A DNA stretch of 41,572 bases. It comes from a virus. Lineage: Duplodnaviria > Caudoviricetes. A program made the translations under genes and the position numbers. The notes beneath the pieces are model-generated. The model ran no database searches and had not been told where the DNA came from. It was given only the letters and a program-made list of their open reading frames with translations. Positions within the stretch are counted from its first letter, which is position 1. The number at the start of each line of letters is the position of its first letter. Shown piece after piece: positions 8,960-17,430 of this stretch. Location: positions 1-41,572 of the IMG/VR virus record IMGVR_UViG_3300010201_000003. One strand, 5' to 3'.

Positions 8960-9670
8960 TTAAAGCCGCTTCAGGCCCCACAGCACGCGCCCGACAATGT
9001 GGATCTCGTCGGCCCCGACGTCCTCGCTATCATGCGCCTTATTGTCGGAGATGATCCGGATAGTCGGCGGCTCGCCGCGGCGAAGCACCTGCAACCGCTT
9101 TACAACGATGGTGCCGAACTGGTCGCGGATTGCATAAATTCCATCGGGTGAGGGCACGCGGTGTCCGGTGTCGATGATCACCCGATCGCCGGACAGAATC
9201 GTGGGCGCCATGCTGTCGCCCTGGGTCTCAAGGATCTGAATGCGGCTCTCCGGAGCCCGCAATTCCTCGCGCAGAAACCGGGCCGGGAAGTGCCATGCTT
9301 CCTCTTTCACCGGATCGCTGTAGCGGCCATTATGCACGACTTCGCGGCCCTCAACGCTGCCGCCGCCGCCCATGCCGGCTCGCACGTCGATTTCAAGGAT
9401 GCCCGATGTCGGCCGGTGGTTGTTCACGTCGCCGGCGCTCGAAAACGGCGCCTGGCTCTCCGCGGCGCCGAGCTGATCAAGCGATTCGTCGAGATGCTGC
9501 AGGTCCAGGCCAAGCACCTGCGCAATCTTCGGCAGGTGCTTTGATTTGACCGTTGATCCGCCCTCGATCTTCCGAATGGCCGGCTGAGATATGCCGACCC
9601 GGTCCGCCAGATCCTTTTGGGACCAGCCCTTTTGCTCTCTCGCTTGGCGGATGATGTTACCGGGTTCCAT
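8960..9670 (-). CDS. cI: CI-like repressor (XRE HTH + S24 peptidase)
   Basis: IRQAREQKGWSQKDLADRVGISQPAIRKIEGG HTH; RAG cleavage site; GDSMAP (Ser) and VKRL (Lys) dyad. ATG 9670 chosen as start. Confidence 0.92.
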   Translation of the reverse strand: MEPGNIIRQAREQKGWSQKDLADRVGISQPAIRKIEGGSTVKSKHLPKIAQVLGLDLQHLDESLDQLGAAESQAPFSSAGDVNNHRPTSGILEIDVRAGMGGGGSVEGREVVHNGRYSDPVKEEAWHFPARFLREELRAPESRIQILETQGDSMAPTILSGDRVIIDTGHRVPSPDGIYAIRDQFGTIVVKRLQVLRRGEPPTIRIISDNKAHDSEDVGADEIHIVGRVLWGLKRL

Positions 9671-9682
9671 ATCATAAAATAT

Positions 9683-9749
9683 ATAACCGCGGTTATCGGC
9701 CGTCTCGATAACAATAGTGCTTGCCTTCCGATAACAAATGTTATCTAGT
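9683..9749. promoter_or_regulatory. OR region: operators and divergent PR/PRM
   Basis: Perfect palindrome ATAACCGCGGTTAT (9683-9696), half-site GATAAC (9707-9712), GATAAC-AAAT-GTTATC (9730-9745). Candidate PR is TTGCCT-17-TCTAGT. Confidence 0.8.
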
Positions 9750-9755
9750 TGGCGC

Positions 9756-9986
9756 ATGATTACGAAATCTCCGATCGAGCAAGCAATCGACCTTGCGGGT
9801 TCAGAGGCGAAGCTGGGCGCCCTGAGCGGCTATTCGCAGGTCGCTATCAACAAGGCGAAGCGGTGCGGGAAAGTGAGCCCGAGAATGGCGCTCGCTATCG
9901 AACGCGGCCTGAACAGTCGCGTCACCCGCCAACAGCTTTGCCCCGAGATTTTCGCGGGGCTGGTTACTTCCGAGAGCGCGGCGTGA
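9756..9986 (+). CDS. cro: Cro-like (YdaS-type) HTH regulator
   Basis: IEQAIDLAGSEAKLGALSGYSQVAINK..ALAIERGL..VTRQQLCPEIF; divergent from cI. Confidence 0.85.
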   Translation: MITKSPIEQAIDLAGSEAKLGALSGYSQVAINKAKRCGKVSPRMALAIERGLNSRVTRQQLCPEIFAGLVTSESAA

Positions 9987-10504
9987 CCACGTATCCAAAT
10001 TCGGACTGCCCGGCGGAGGGTGATCCGATCGGCCAGCGGTGGGGCCGGTTTCCAGAAAGATTGCCTGGGGCTTCCGTCGGGTTCGCGCGCGTTGATGGGC
10101 GGCGCGAAGACATTGCATCCCTTCAAGGCAATCAACCACCGCACTCATTCATCCCGCTCGCGTGCGGCGTCCAGAACGAGCGGATTAGTTCGGCCATGCG
10201 CGCGTCAATCTCCGCGCGCTCGCCGCTCGAACGCAGCGATCCGCTGCAAGCCGCGTTGGACGTATTCGCGGTGCTGGTTCTGCTCTGCTTCGGTGCGCTG
10301 CTTCTCTGCGCCGTCGGGTTCGCGTTCTTCATCTGGCTGTTTCTGGTTCTGCTGTGATGCGAGGCGGTCGATTAGCGCGGCTGCAACCGTGCCGATCGGT
10401 CGGAAGGTGAAGGGTTCGTTGTCGTTATGTGCGTTCCTCATGGGAAGAATTTGAGCCGCGAGGATTCCAGATGTTGGAAAAGTTTTCCGGGTGGGGCGTG
10501 AACC

Positions 10505-10885
10505 ATGCGTGAAGAAATAGCCGAACTAGCAGGTCCTCGAATGTGGGGCGACACGCGGCAGAGTTGGCTTTCCAGAGTGCCCAGGGCGGTCAAGCGGGTA
10601 CTAGGGACGACAGGGGAGACGGTCTCTTACCGGGCGATCAAATCGCTCTGGTACGGGGAAATAACAGATCCGGAGCATCACGCCGCGCGCGATGTCCGCA
10701 GGGCCGCGCAAATTGTTCGGGCGCAAAAGAGCGCGTCCGAGCTGGCATCACACTTCGAAAACCTGATTGGTGGGGTTAATGCGGCGGACGGTGCGAATCT
10801 ATATCGCGATGAAATTGCTAGACTTGAGCGGGTGGTTAGCCTCCTGCGCGGTCAGTCTAGCGCCGGAGATTGCTCCGGCACCTAA
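10505..10885 (+). CDS. Hypothetical regulator in the CII position
   Basis: MREEIAELAGPRMWGDTRQSWL..SYRAIKSLWYGE helical/HTH-like segment; follows cro. Confidence 0.6.
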   Translation: MREEIAELAGPRMWGDTRQSWLSRVPRAVKRVLGTTGETVSYRAIKSLWYGEITDPEHHAARDVRRAAQIVRAQKSASELASHFENLIGGVNAADGANLYRDEIARLERVVSLLRGQSSAGDCSGT

Positions 10886-10914
10886 AGACAATCCTGCACG
10901 TGGGGGCGTGCGGG

Positions 10915-11790
10915 ATGCTTACTGAAACGCAGCTTAAGGCAGCGGAACAGCGTAAGCGGTTTCACGCGAGCATCGCGGCCAGAGCCGCGGCGCTCGCGCC
11001 AGCCGTGGCCGCCCCGGCGCCCGTTGTCGAAGCGCCGGCCGCGCCGCCGGCATCCGTACTCCCTGCGTCGGTTCTCCAGCCGACGCGGGTTGCGCCATCT
11101 GAGGCGCGCGAGGTCGTCACGGTAGAGCCGCGTTCGCTTTATGCGCGCGAGATCGTCTCTGTGGTCGCAACGTATTTCGGCGTCACCGTTGGAGAGATGA
11201 GGGGAGCGCGGCGCACGGGGACGCTGATCACGCCGCGCCATGTGGCAATGTACCTCGTTAGCGATACGTGCCCGCATCTGAGCCTGCCGGCAATCGGGCG
11301 CTTCTTTGGTGGGAGGGACCACACCACCATTCTTTACGCCGTTCGCAAGGTTGATGGGATGCTCAATGACGGCGGCAAGGTCGCTGCCGCAATTATCGAG
11401 CTTCGTGGCAAGATTGCCGAACTCGCGCGGCTGCCTGTGGCGGTTAGTGAAATCGAGGAGGATGAAGATCAGGATGCTCGTCCGGTCGCATATCCCTCGA
11501 TCGAGCGCGTGCAACGGATTGTCGCGCGCTATTATCACCTGACAACCGAAGATTTGGTTGGGCAGCGCCGCGAACGCCATGTTCGCCATGCCCGCGCCGT
11601 CGCGATCTATCTTTCTAGAATGCTGACGGACTACTGCAACGCTGCGATCTCCGAGAAATTCGGATCGCGCCGGCACACAGGAACTGTGTCTTGCTACGTC
11701 GAGAATGTCTCAGCGCAGCTCGGTGAGTGCTCCAGGCTCGCCGCGGACATTCAGGCGTTGACCGATCTTATCAAATCGGGATGCGGGTAG
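10915..11790 (+). CDS. Protein with two tandem DnaA C-terminal (domain IV) HTH domains
   Basis: PRHVAMYL..LSLPAIGRFFGGRDHTTILYAVRKV, plus a second degenerate copy ARAVAIYLSRML..AISEKFGSRRHT. Confidence 0.82.
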   Translation: MLTETQLKAAEQRKRFHASIAARAAALAPAVAAPAPVVEAPAAPPASVLPASVLQPTRVAPSEAREVVTVEPRSLYAREIVSVVATYFGVTVGEMRGARRTGTLITPRHVAMYLVSDTCPHLSLPAIGRFFGGRDHTTILYAVRKVDGMLNDGGKVAAAIIELRGKIAELARLPVAVSEIEEDEDQDARPVAYPSIERVQRIVARYYHLTTEDLVGQRRERHVRHARAVAIYLSRMLTDYCNAAISEKFGSRRHTGTVSCYVENVSAQLGECSRLAADIQALTDLIKSGCG

Positions 11791-12072
11791 ATGTGGCCGG
11801 TGTCCGACATGGCGCAATCCGAGATTGCGGGGGGTCTTCCAGTTGAGGGGGGCGGCGTGATCGAGCGCGGCAAGACATTGCGGGCGGCAACGCTCGAACT
11901 CGGCGAGGCATCGCAGGATCGCGACGTCGTCATTGACGGTGCAATCCTTGCTCTCTGGAACAACGGTCTCGATACCTATGACATCGCCCGCAAGCTATCG
12001 ATGTCGGAGACAGTCCGCGAGAGCGACGTGGCGAACCGGCTGGCGCGGCTCCGGGACGGGCAGGCTAGCTGA
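11791..12072 (+). CDS. Hypothetical small HTH protein
   Basis: LWNNGLDTYDIARKLS..RESDVANRL; TGATG coupling downstream; start uncertain. Confidence 0.6.
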   Translation: MWPVSDMAQSEIAGGLPVEGGGVIERGKTLRAATLELGEASQDRDVVIDGAILALWNNGLDTYDIARKLSMSETVRESDVANRLARLRDGQAS

Positions 12073-12707
12073 TGATTGCCGCACTCTTCGTCGAACGGAA
12101 TGGCTGCTACTTTGGCATTCCGGACGTCGATCCTTGGGACATCTGGCGAGATGCGAGGTGCTATGCAGGCCCGCATTCCGTCGTCGCGCATCCGCCGTGC
12201 GAGCGCTGGGGGCGATACTGGCATGGATCACCCCGCAAGCCTCATCAGTTCAAGTTGGGGCAAGACGGCGGATGCTTCGCCGCGGCGTTGACCGCAGTTC
12301 GTAACTTCGGCGGCGTAATCGAACACCCAGCGTACTCCAGTGCTTGGCGATGGTTTGGCTTGGATACGCCGCCGCAGGCCGGTGGCTGGGTGATGGCTGA
12401 CAGCTTCGGCGGGTTCACGTGCCACGTTGAGCAAGGGCATTACGGCCACATGGCACGCAAGGCAACTTGGCTCTATGCAGTTCGCACGGACCTTCCTGAC
12501 TTGGTTTGGGGGCCGTCGCCTCAGCGGCTCTCACCAATCGCTCTTGAGCGTCATGGTTACGAGAAGGCTAGGCGGTCGGGCGTCATGGCCTACATTGGTG
12601 GAAAGAACAAAGCAGCGATTAGAGCTGCCACACCAATCGTGTTCCGCGATCTGCTCTTGTCGATCGCACGTACAGCATCGGAGCCGATGATTGAGGCGGC
12701 CGAATGA
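12072..12707 (+). CDS. Phage protein distantly resembling a DNA cytosine methyltransferase
   Basis: IAALF, RDAR, VVAHPPC (motif IV-like PC), VIEHP (ENV-like), YGH..RKATWL. Confidence 0.6.
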   Translation: MIAALFVERNGCYFGIPDVDPWDIWRDARCYAGPHSVVAHPPCERWGRYWHGSPRKPHQFKLGQDGGCFAAALTAVRNFGGVIEHPAYSSAWRWFGLDTPPQAGGWVMADSFGGFTCHVEQGHYGHMARKATWLYAVRTDLPDLVWGPSPQRLSPIALERHGYEKARRSGVMAYIGGKNKAAIRAATPIVFRDLLLSIARTASEPMIEAAE

Positions 12708-12904
12708 TGCCAGCTGTTCAGATCTCCATGACGCGGACGGGCCCGGACGAATTCAAGGTACTCGCTCAATCGCATCGTACGATTTTGCGCTCCTCGGTCC
12801 TGACGCGCAGCGATGCTCTTGGTCTGCTCGCGCGCGAACTTGATGCGCTCGAAATCTGCCCGGCGGCATGGTCGCCGGAGTGCTTGCGTACAACTGAGAT
12901 TTAG
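12704..12904 (+). CDS. Hypothetical protein
   Basis: ATGA overlap with the upstream gene. Confidence 0.5.
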   Translation: MMPAVQISMTRTGPDEFKVLAQSHRTILRSSVLTRSDALGLLARELDALEICPAAWSPECLRTTEI

Positions 12905-12940
12905 ACAGGGGCCGCGGGGCAAGCCGCGGAAGGTGGCTGC

Positions 12941-13882
12941 GTGAGCCGTTGGTTTCGAATGTATGACGACGTGATCAATGATCCGAAGGTGATGCGGCTT
13001 GAGCCCGCGTTACGGTGGCATTGGGTCGCCGTGCTGTGCGTCGCGTCGAAGGGCGGCGGCGTCGTTCCGGAGGCCGGTGATGTGGCATTCGCTCTGCGGA
13101 TGGGAGAAGGCGAGGCGGCTGCAATTCTCTCGTCCCTGCTCGCCGCTGGGCTCCTCGATCGCGGCGAGGGCGGCGCCCTAATCCCGCACAATTGGGGCGA
13201 GAGGCAATACCAGTCGGATAGCTCGGCCGAACGGATGCGCCGTCACCGTGACAAGCAGCGAGCGGCGAAGGCCTCCGGTTGTGACGTTGCAAGTGACGTC
13301 ACCGGTGACGTTTCGAGTGACGGTCGAGGTGACGTCACAGGTGACGGAAGTTGTTACGTCACAGAGACGGCGCAGAACAGAACAGAAGCAGAGACAGAGA
13401 AGAAAGATTCTCGGTCGATCGTGTCCGATCGCCCGGCGCGTGCGCCTTCTCGGTTCGATGAGTTCTGGAAGGCGTACCCGCGGCGCGACGGACCTAACCC
13501 GCGGAAGCCGGCGGAAACGAAATTCGAGGCACTTGTGAGGACCGGTCTCGATCCTCAGACGCTTATCGACGCCGCGCGGAAGCTCGCGAGCGACGAAACC
13601 GCGCGCGGCAACATCGGAACGCGGTTCATTCCGCAGGCGCAGACCTGGCTCAATCAACAGCGCTGGTCGGATCACGCCGCGGTTGCGGCGCTGCAGGGGA
13701 TCGAGGGCGGCGGGATGACGGTTGAACAGGCGCTCGCGCAGTTCGCGCGGTTCGGCGTTTGGTCGCGCCACGCGCCTTGTCCGGAGCCGGGGAGCCTCGG
13801 TTGCACGATCCCGGCTGAACTGCTGGCGAAATACGGCATCGCTCCTGATGGGTCGCGCTCGCGGCCCGGTGAGGCGGCCTAG
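12941..13882 (+). CDS. Phage replication initiator (lambda O-like organisation)
   Basis: N-terminal WFRMYDDVINDPKV, HNWGERQYQSDSSAERMRRHR; internal iterons; C-terminal FDEFWKAYPRR..FIPQAQTWLNQQRW. Confidence 0.82.
   Translation: MSRWFRMYDDVINDPKVMRLEPALRWHWVAVLCVASKGGGVVPEAGDVAFALRMGEGEAAAILSSLLAAGLLDRGEGGALIPHNWGERQYQSDSSAERMRRHRDKQRAAKASGCDVASDVTGDVSSDGRGDVTGDGSCYVTETAQNRTEAETEKKDSRSIVSDRPARAPSRFDEFWKAYPRRDGPNPRKPAETKFEALVRTGLDPQTLIDAARKLASDETARGNIGTRFIPQAQTWLNQQRWSDHAAVAALQGIEGGGMTVEQALAQFARFGVWSRHAPCPEPGSLGCTIPAELLAKYGIAPDGSRSRPGEAA
13281..13369 (+). repeat. Iterons of the putative phage replication origin
   Basis: GTGACG at 13281, 13293, 13305, 13317, 13329, 13341 and GTTACG at 13353 (exact 12-bp period), including GTGACGTCAC palindromes, followed by a purine-rich tract. 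Confidence 0.75.
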
Positions 13883-14329
13883 TTCGTGTTGCGTAGTTGT
13901 TATTCACCCTCTCCACTGCGCCGCGCGCGGTTAGTAGTTGCGGCGCAGTGGTGAATTGCGGATTGATGATCGCACCTGATCGGCGCCGCGGCGCTCTGCA
14001 AAGCCGGATGGCCGATCTGGTGTGTGGTTGCGTACTTCCTGGGGTGGGGGCTCGGCGAGGCCCGGTGCAGCGTTCACGCCGCTGTGCCGGGCCTCGTTCG
14101 TAAAGGGGTGATGCCGAATTTCTGGCGAATGCCGGGGACTGCGCGAGAAGCCGCACATGACGGGACGCGCGGGACGATCCGGTTAGTAGGCCCAGCCGGC
14201 GGGGCAATGCGCCGGCACAAATCCGCGAAACGTCAGCGGTGGCCCACGAAACCCGCCACGTACAGGGTAGCGGCCTAAGAGCGGCGTGACGGGCGGAGAG
14301 AGAGCCGCAAACCAGCTTCGCGGGGGCGC

Positions 14330-14809
14330 ATGTCGATTGCTGATCTGAAAACGCGGCTCGCTGATGTTCCCGGCATTTCCAGTCTGATCATGAACATCGA
14401 CGGCGGCCGAATCCTGCTGCGCTGGGGCGCAGGGGCCTCGTCCTATTCCGCGTCGGTGCCGAATGGCGCTTCTGACGCCGACGTTGAGGACGCCATTCGC
14501 GCGGCGATCAAGCTCCCGTCGGTCTCGCTGATTCCGGAGAAGTCGGCTGCGGCCGATGTCCAACCTCAAGGGGGTGCAATGTCCGTCACCGGTGCCGGCG
14601 CAGCCGGTCAGTCGCTTCGCGAGCTGATGGAAGGCCACAGGCGCACGTTGGAAGATCTCACGGCCGCGCACATGGACAAGATGCGCGAGGGCTTCGCCAA
14701 GCAACTGCAGGGCGTCCAGGCGCTCGGCCGTCTCGCCGACAAGGTGCACGCCGAGGGCGACGAATTCCTGGCGCTCATCGGCCAGTACACGAACGACTTG
14801 GAGGGCTGA
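14330..14809 (+). CDS. Hypothetical phage protein
   Basis: 159-aa ORF with GGGGG RBS and typical codon usage. Confidence 0.7.
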   Translation: MSIADLKTRLADVPGISSLIMNIDGGRILLRWGAGASSYSASVPNGASDADVEDAIRAAIKLPSVSLIPEKSAAADVQPQGGAMSVTGAGAAGQSLRELMEGHRRTLEDLTAAHMDKMREGFAKQLQGVQALGRLADKVHAEGDEFLALIGQYTNDLEG

Positions 14810-14811
14810 CC

Positions 14812-14979
14812 ATGTCGTGGCTGTGGGCTGGCTTCATGTTGAAGCTCGTGGCGGTGCTGGTGGACGTGGCGATTTCGGCCACGGTGGCGGTGGCCGTCTT
14901 CCTCTTGGTCGTTTCCCTCACGCTCGGAACGAGGAAGCGCAAGCACGCTCGGGCGGGCAAGCCCGGTCAGGTGCGCTGA
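14812..14979 (+). CDS. Small membrane protein (55 aa; below ORF-track cutoff)
   Basis: MSWLWAGFMLKLVAVLVDVAISATVAVAVFLLVVSLTLGTRKRKHARAGKPGQVR*; GGAGG RBS; fills the gap before terS. Confidence 0.6.
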   Translation: MSWLWAGFMLKLVAVLVDVAISATVAVAVFLLVVSLTLGTRKRKHARAGKPGQVR

Positions 14980-14985
14980 CCCGCT

Positions 14986-15489
14986 ATGGCTGCTCCTCTC
15001 GGCAACAGGTTTTGGGAAGCCAGAAGCTCGCACGGTCGAAAGCCCGTGTTCGAGGTCCCGAACGAACTGTGGATGGCCTGCTGCGAGTATTTCGCCTGGG
15101 TAGAGGACAATCCTCTGCTCGAAACCAAGGCATTCGGCTCTAAGGACGGTCCGCAGACGATCGAGCTTCCCAAGATGCGGGCCATGACCATCTCAGGTCT
15201 CTGCATCTTCTTGGATATCTCCCGTCAGGCGTGGTCGGAATATCGCTCGCGGGATGGTTTTGTTGACATCTGTGCGCGCGTCGATGACGTGATCAGGACG
15301 CAGAAGTTCGAGGGCGCCTCGGCCGAACTGCTCAATCCGGCGATCATCGCCCGTGATCTCGGCCTCGCCGACAAGTCAGAGTACAGCGGACCGGATGGCG
15401 GGCCGTTGAAGACCGAGACCATTAAGCGGGTCGAGCTCGTCGCAGCGCCATTCCCTCCTAATCATCCGGCGAACCGCGCCGATGGCTAG
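14986..15489 (+). CDS. terS: Terminase small subunit (P22 gp3-like)
   Basis: MAAPLGNRFWEARSSHGRKP.FE.P.ELW.ACCEYF.WVEDNPL..LLNPAIIARDLGLADK closely recalls P22 gp3. Confidence 0.92.
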   Translation: MAAPLGNRFWEARSSHGRKPVFEVPNELWMACCEYFAWVEDNPLLETKAFGSKDGPQTIELPKMRAMTISGLCIFLDISRQAWSEYRSRDGFVDICARVDDVIRTQKFEGASAELLNPAIIARDLGLADKSEYSGPDGGPLKTETIKRVELVAAPFPPNHPANRADG

Positions 15490-16810
15490 CTGCCCGCAAA
15501 TCCTGATGCCTCCGAAGCTCGTCCCGGTGTTCGAGGGCGAGGCGATGTACCGCGGCGCCTGGGGCGGTCGTGGATCAGGGAAAACCCGCACGTTTGCCAC
15601 GATGTCGGCTGTGCGTGGTATCGACTTCGCGCAGGCCGGCATGGATGGCGTGATTGTCTGCGGCCGTGAGTTCATGAACTCGCTCGCGGACAGCTCGTTC
15701 GCAGAGGTGAAAGCGGCGATCCTCTCTAAGCCGTGGCTCGCAGAGCGTTACGACGTCGGCGACACGTACATTAGGACCAAATGTAGGCGGATCAGCTTCG
15801 TTTTCGTCGGATTGCGGCACAATCTGGACAGCATCAAGTCAAAAGCGCGCATTCGGCTGTTGTGGGTCGATGAGGCTGAGCCGGTCTCCGATGAAGCCTG
15901 GAACATCACAATCCCGACCGTGCGCGAAGAAGGGTCGGAGATCTGGCTGACCTGGAATCCGGATCGGAAGGCGAGCGCGACGAATAAGCGCTTTCGTGAA
16001 AACCCGCCAGCGGGCGCGAAAATCGTTGAGCTGAATTGGCGGGATAATCCCTACTTCCCGGAGATCCTGAACCGGACGCGGCTCGATGACAAAGCCAACC
16101 GGCCCGACCAATACGGCTGGGTGTGGGAGGGCGAGTATCGCTCCGTGGTGGCCGGCGCCTATTACGCGAAGGCTCTGACGCAGGCGAAAGAGCAGGGGCG
16201 GATTACGTTCGTTCCCCTCGATCCGCTCATGCAGGTGCGCGCCTATCTCGATATCGGCGGTGCCGGCGCCAAGGCGGACGCTGCGGCGATCTGGATTGTT
16301 CAATTCGTCGGCCAGCGGATCAACGTCCTCGATTACTACGAGGCGCAGGGCCAGCCGCTCGCGACGCACGTCGCATGGATGCGGGAACGCGGCTGGGGCA
16401 AGGCGCTGGTCGTTCTGCCGCACGACGGTGCGCAGACCGACAAGGTGCACGCCACGTCCTACGAAAGCGCGCTGCGCGAAGCAGGGTTCGATGTGATCGT
16501 GATCCCGAACCAGGGCGCCGGCGCCGCCGCCGCGCGGATCGAGACGGCACGCCGACACTTCCCGCGGATCTGGTTCAACGCCGAAACGACGGAAGCGGGG
16601 CGCGACGCGCTCGGCTGGTACCACGAAAAGCGATCGAACGATGATCGCAACATCGGCCTCGGCCCGAACCACGATTGGAGTTCTCACGGCTCCGACGGCT
16701 TCGGCCTGATGGCAATCCATTACGACCAACCCAACGGGCCGCCGCCGCCGCGGCAGCCCTACAGCGGGCGGCGCAACTCGGGCGGCGGCGGATCTTGGAT
16801 GGCGGCATGA
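15482..16810 (+). CDS. terL: Terminase large subunit (PBSX/P22-type)
   Basis: Walker A GGRGSGKT, Walker B LLWVDEAE, TWNP, nuclease LDIG and HDWSSHGSDGF. Confidence 0.95.
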   Translation: MASCPQILMPPKLVPVFEGEAMYRGAWGGRGSGKTRTFATMSAVRGIDFAQAGMDGVIVCGREFMNSLADSSFAEVKAAILSKPWLAERYDVGDTYIRTKCRRISFVFVGLRHNLDSIKSKARIRLLWVDEAEPVSDEAWNITIPTVREEGSEIWLTWNPDRKASATNKRFRENPPAGAKIVELNWRDNPYFPEILNRTRLDDKANRPDQYGWVWEGEYRSVVAGAYYAKALTQAKEQGRITFVPLDPLMQVRAYLDIGGAGAKADAAAIWIVQFVGQRINVLDYYEAQGQPLATHVAWMRERGWGKALVVLPHDGAQTDKVHATSYESALREAGFDVIVIPNQGAGAAAARIETARRHFPRIWFNAETTEAGRDALGWYHEKRSNDDRNIGLGPNHDWSSHGSDGFGLMAIHYDQPNGPPPPRQPYSGRRNSGGGGSWMAA

Positions 16811-17427
16811 CCAAACCCGTTCTGTGCCTCGACTTCGACGGCGTGCTGCACAGCTACATGAGCGGATGGCAGGGCGCCGATGTGATCCCTGACCCGCCGG
16901 TGCCTGGCGCATGGCGTTTCATCGCGCAGGCGCAAGAGGAATTCCGCGTCGCCATCTTCTCAAGCCGGACGTCTCAGCCGGGCGGTCTCGCAGCGATGCG
17001 CGTCTATGTGTGGGGCGGATTGCTCGAGGAATTTGGCCCCGACGCGCTCGACGTTTTCGAGCTTATCGAATGGCCGCTGGAGAAGCCACCGGCGCTCGTC
17101 TCCATCGATGATCGCGCACTGACCTTCGATGGCTCCTGGCCGTCGGTGGCGAGTCTGCGCCGCTTCCAGCCCTGGAATAAGCGCAAGCCGATCGCCGACG
17201 AAATGGCGGTGACGGTCGATCGCGAAGCCGGGACGATCGAGATTTGCGGCGTCCGATACGAGTTCGACGTGTTCCGCTTCCTCGGCCTCGGTGAGGTCGG
17301 CCGCGCGTATCGGCTGGTTGGCCGCCGCGATGGCGTTGTGACGCTTGAATTTCTCGATGGTGACGGTGCGGACGCCGTCACCTGTGACGTCACAGTGACG
17401 CAACACGCCGCAAAGCTGGAGAGCTGA
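16807..17427 (+). CDS. HAD-superfamily hydrolase-like protein with C-terminal extension
   Basis: LCLDFDGVLHSY (DxD), IFSSR, EKPPALVSIDDRA; ATGA overlap with terL. Confidence 0.8.
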   Translation: MTKPVLCLDFDGVLHSYMSGWQGADVIPDPPVPGAWRFIAQAQEEFRVAIFSSRTSQPGGLAAMRVYVWGGLLEEFGPDALDVFELIEWPLEKPPALVSIDDRALTFDGSWPSVASLRRFQPWNKRKPIADEMAVTVDREAGTIEICGVRYEFDVFRFLGLGEVGRAYRLVGRRDGVVTLEFLDGDGADAVTCDVTVTQHAAKLES

Positions 17428-17430
17428 CGG

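Noticed and set aside
9681-9696. Apparent match of block 3 (AT AT AA CG GG) to the OR operator ATATAACCGCGG
   Set aside because: It needs inconsistent gap sizes and the remaining six dinucleotides do not match; treated as coincidence.
9671-9757. ORF-track N-terminal extensions of cI (to 9757) and cro (from 9738)
   Set aside because: They would run through the operator/promoter region and overlap each other; the HTH domains start at 9670 and 9756.
9983-10470. ORFs between cro and the CII-position gene (9749..10357, 10205..10441 and others)
   Set aside because: Several overlapping candidates on both strands with no decisive RBS or motif. A small gene may exist but I cannot pick one.
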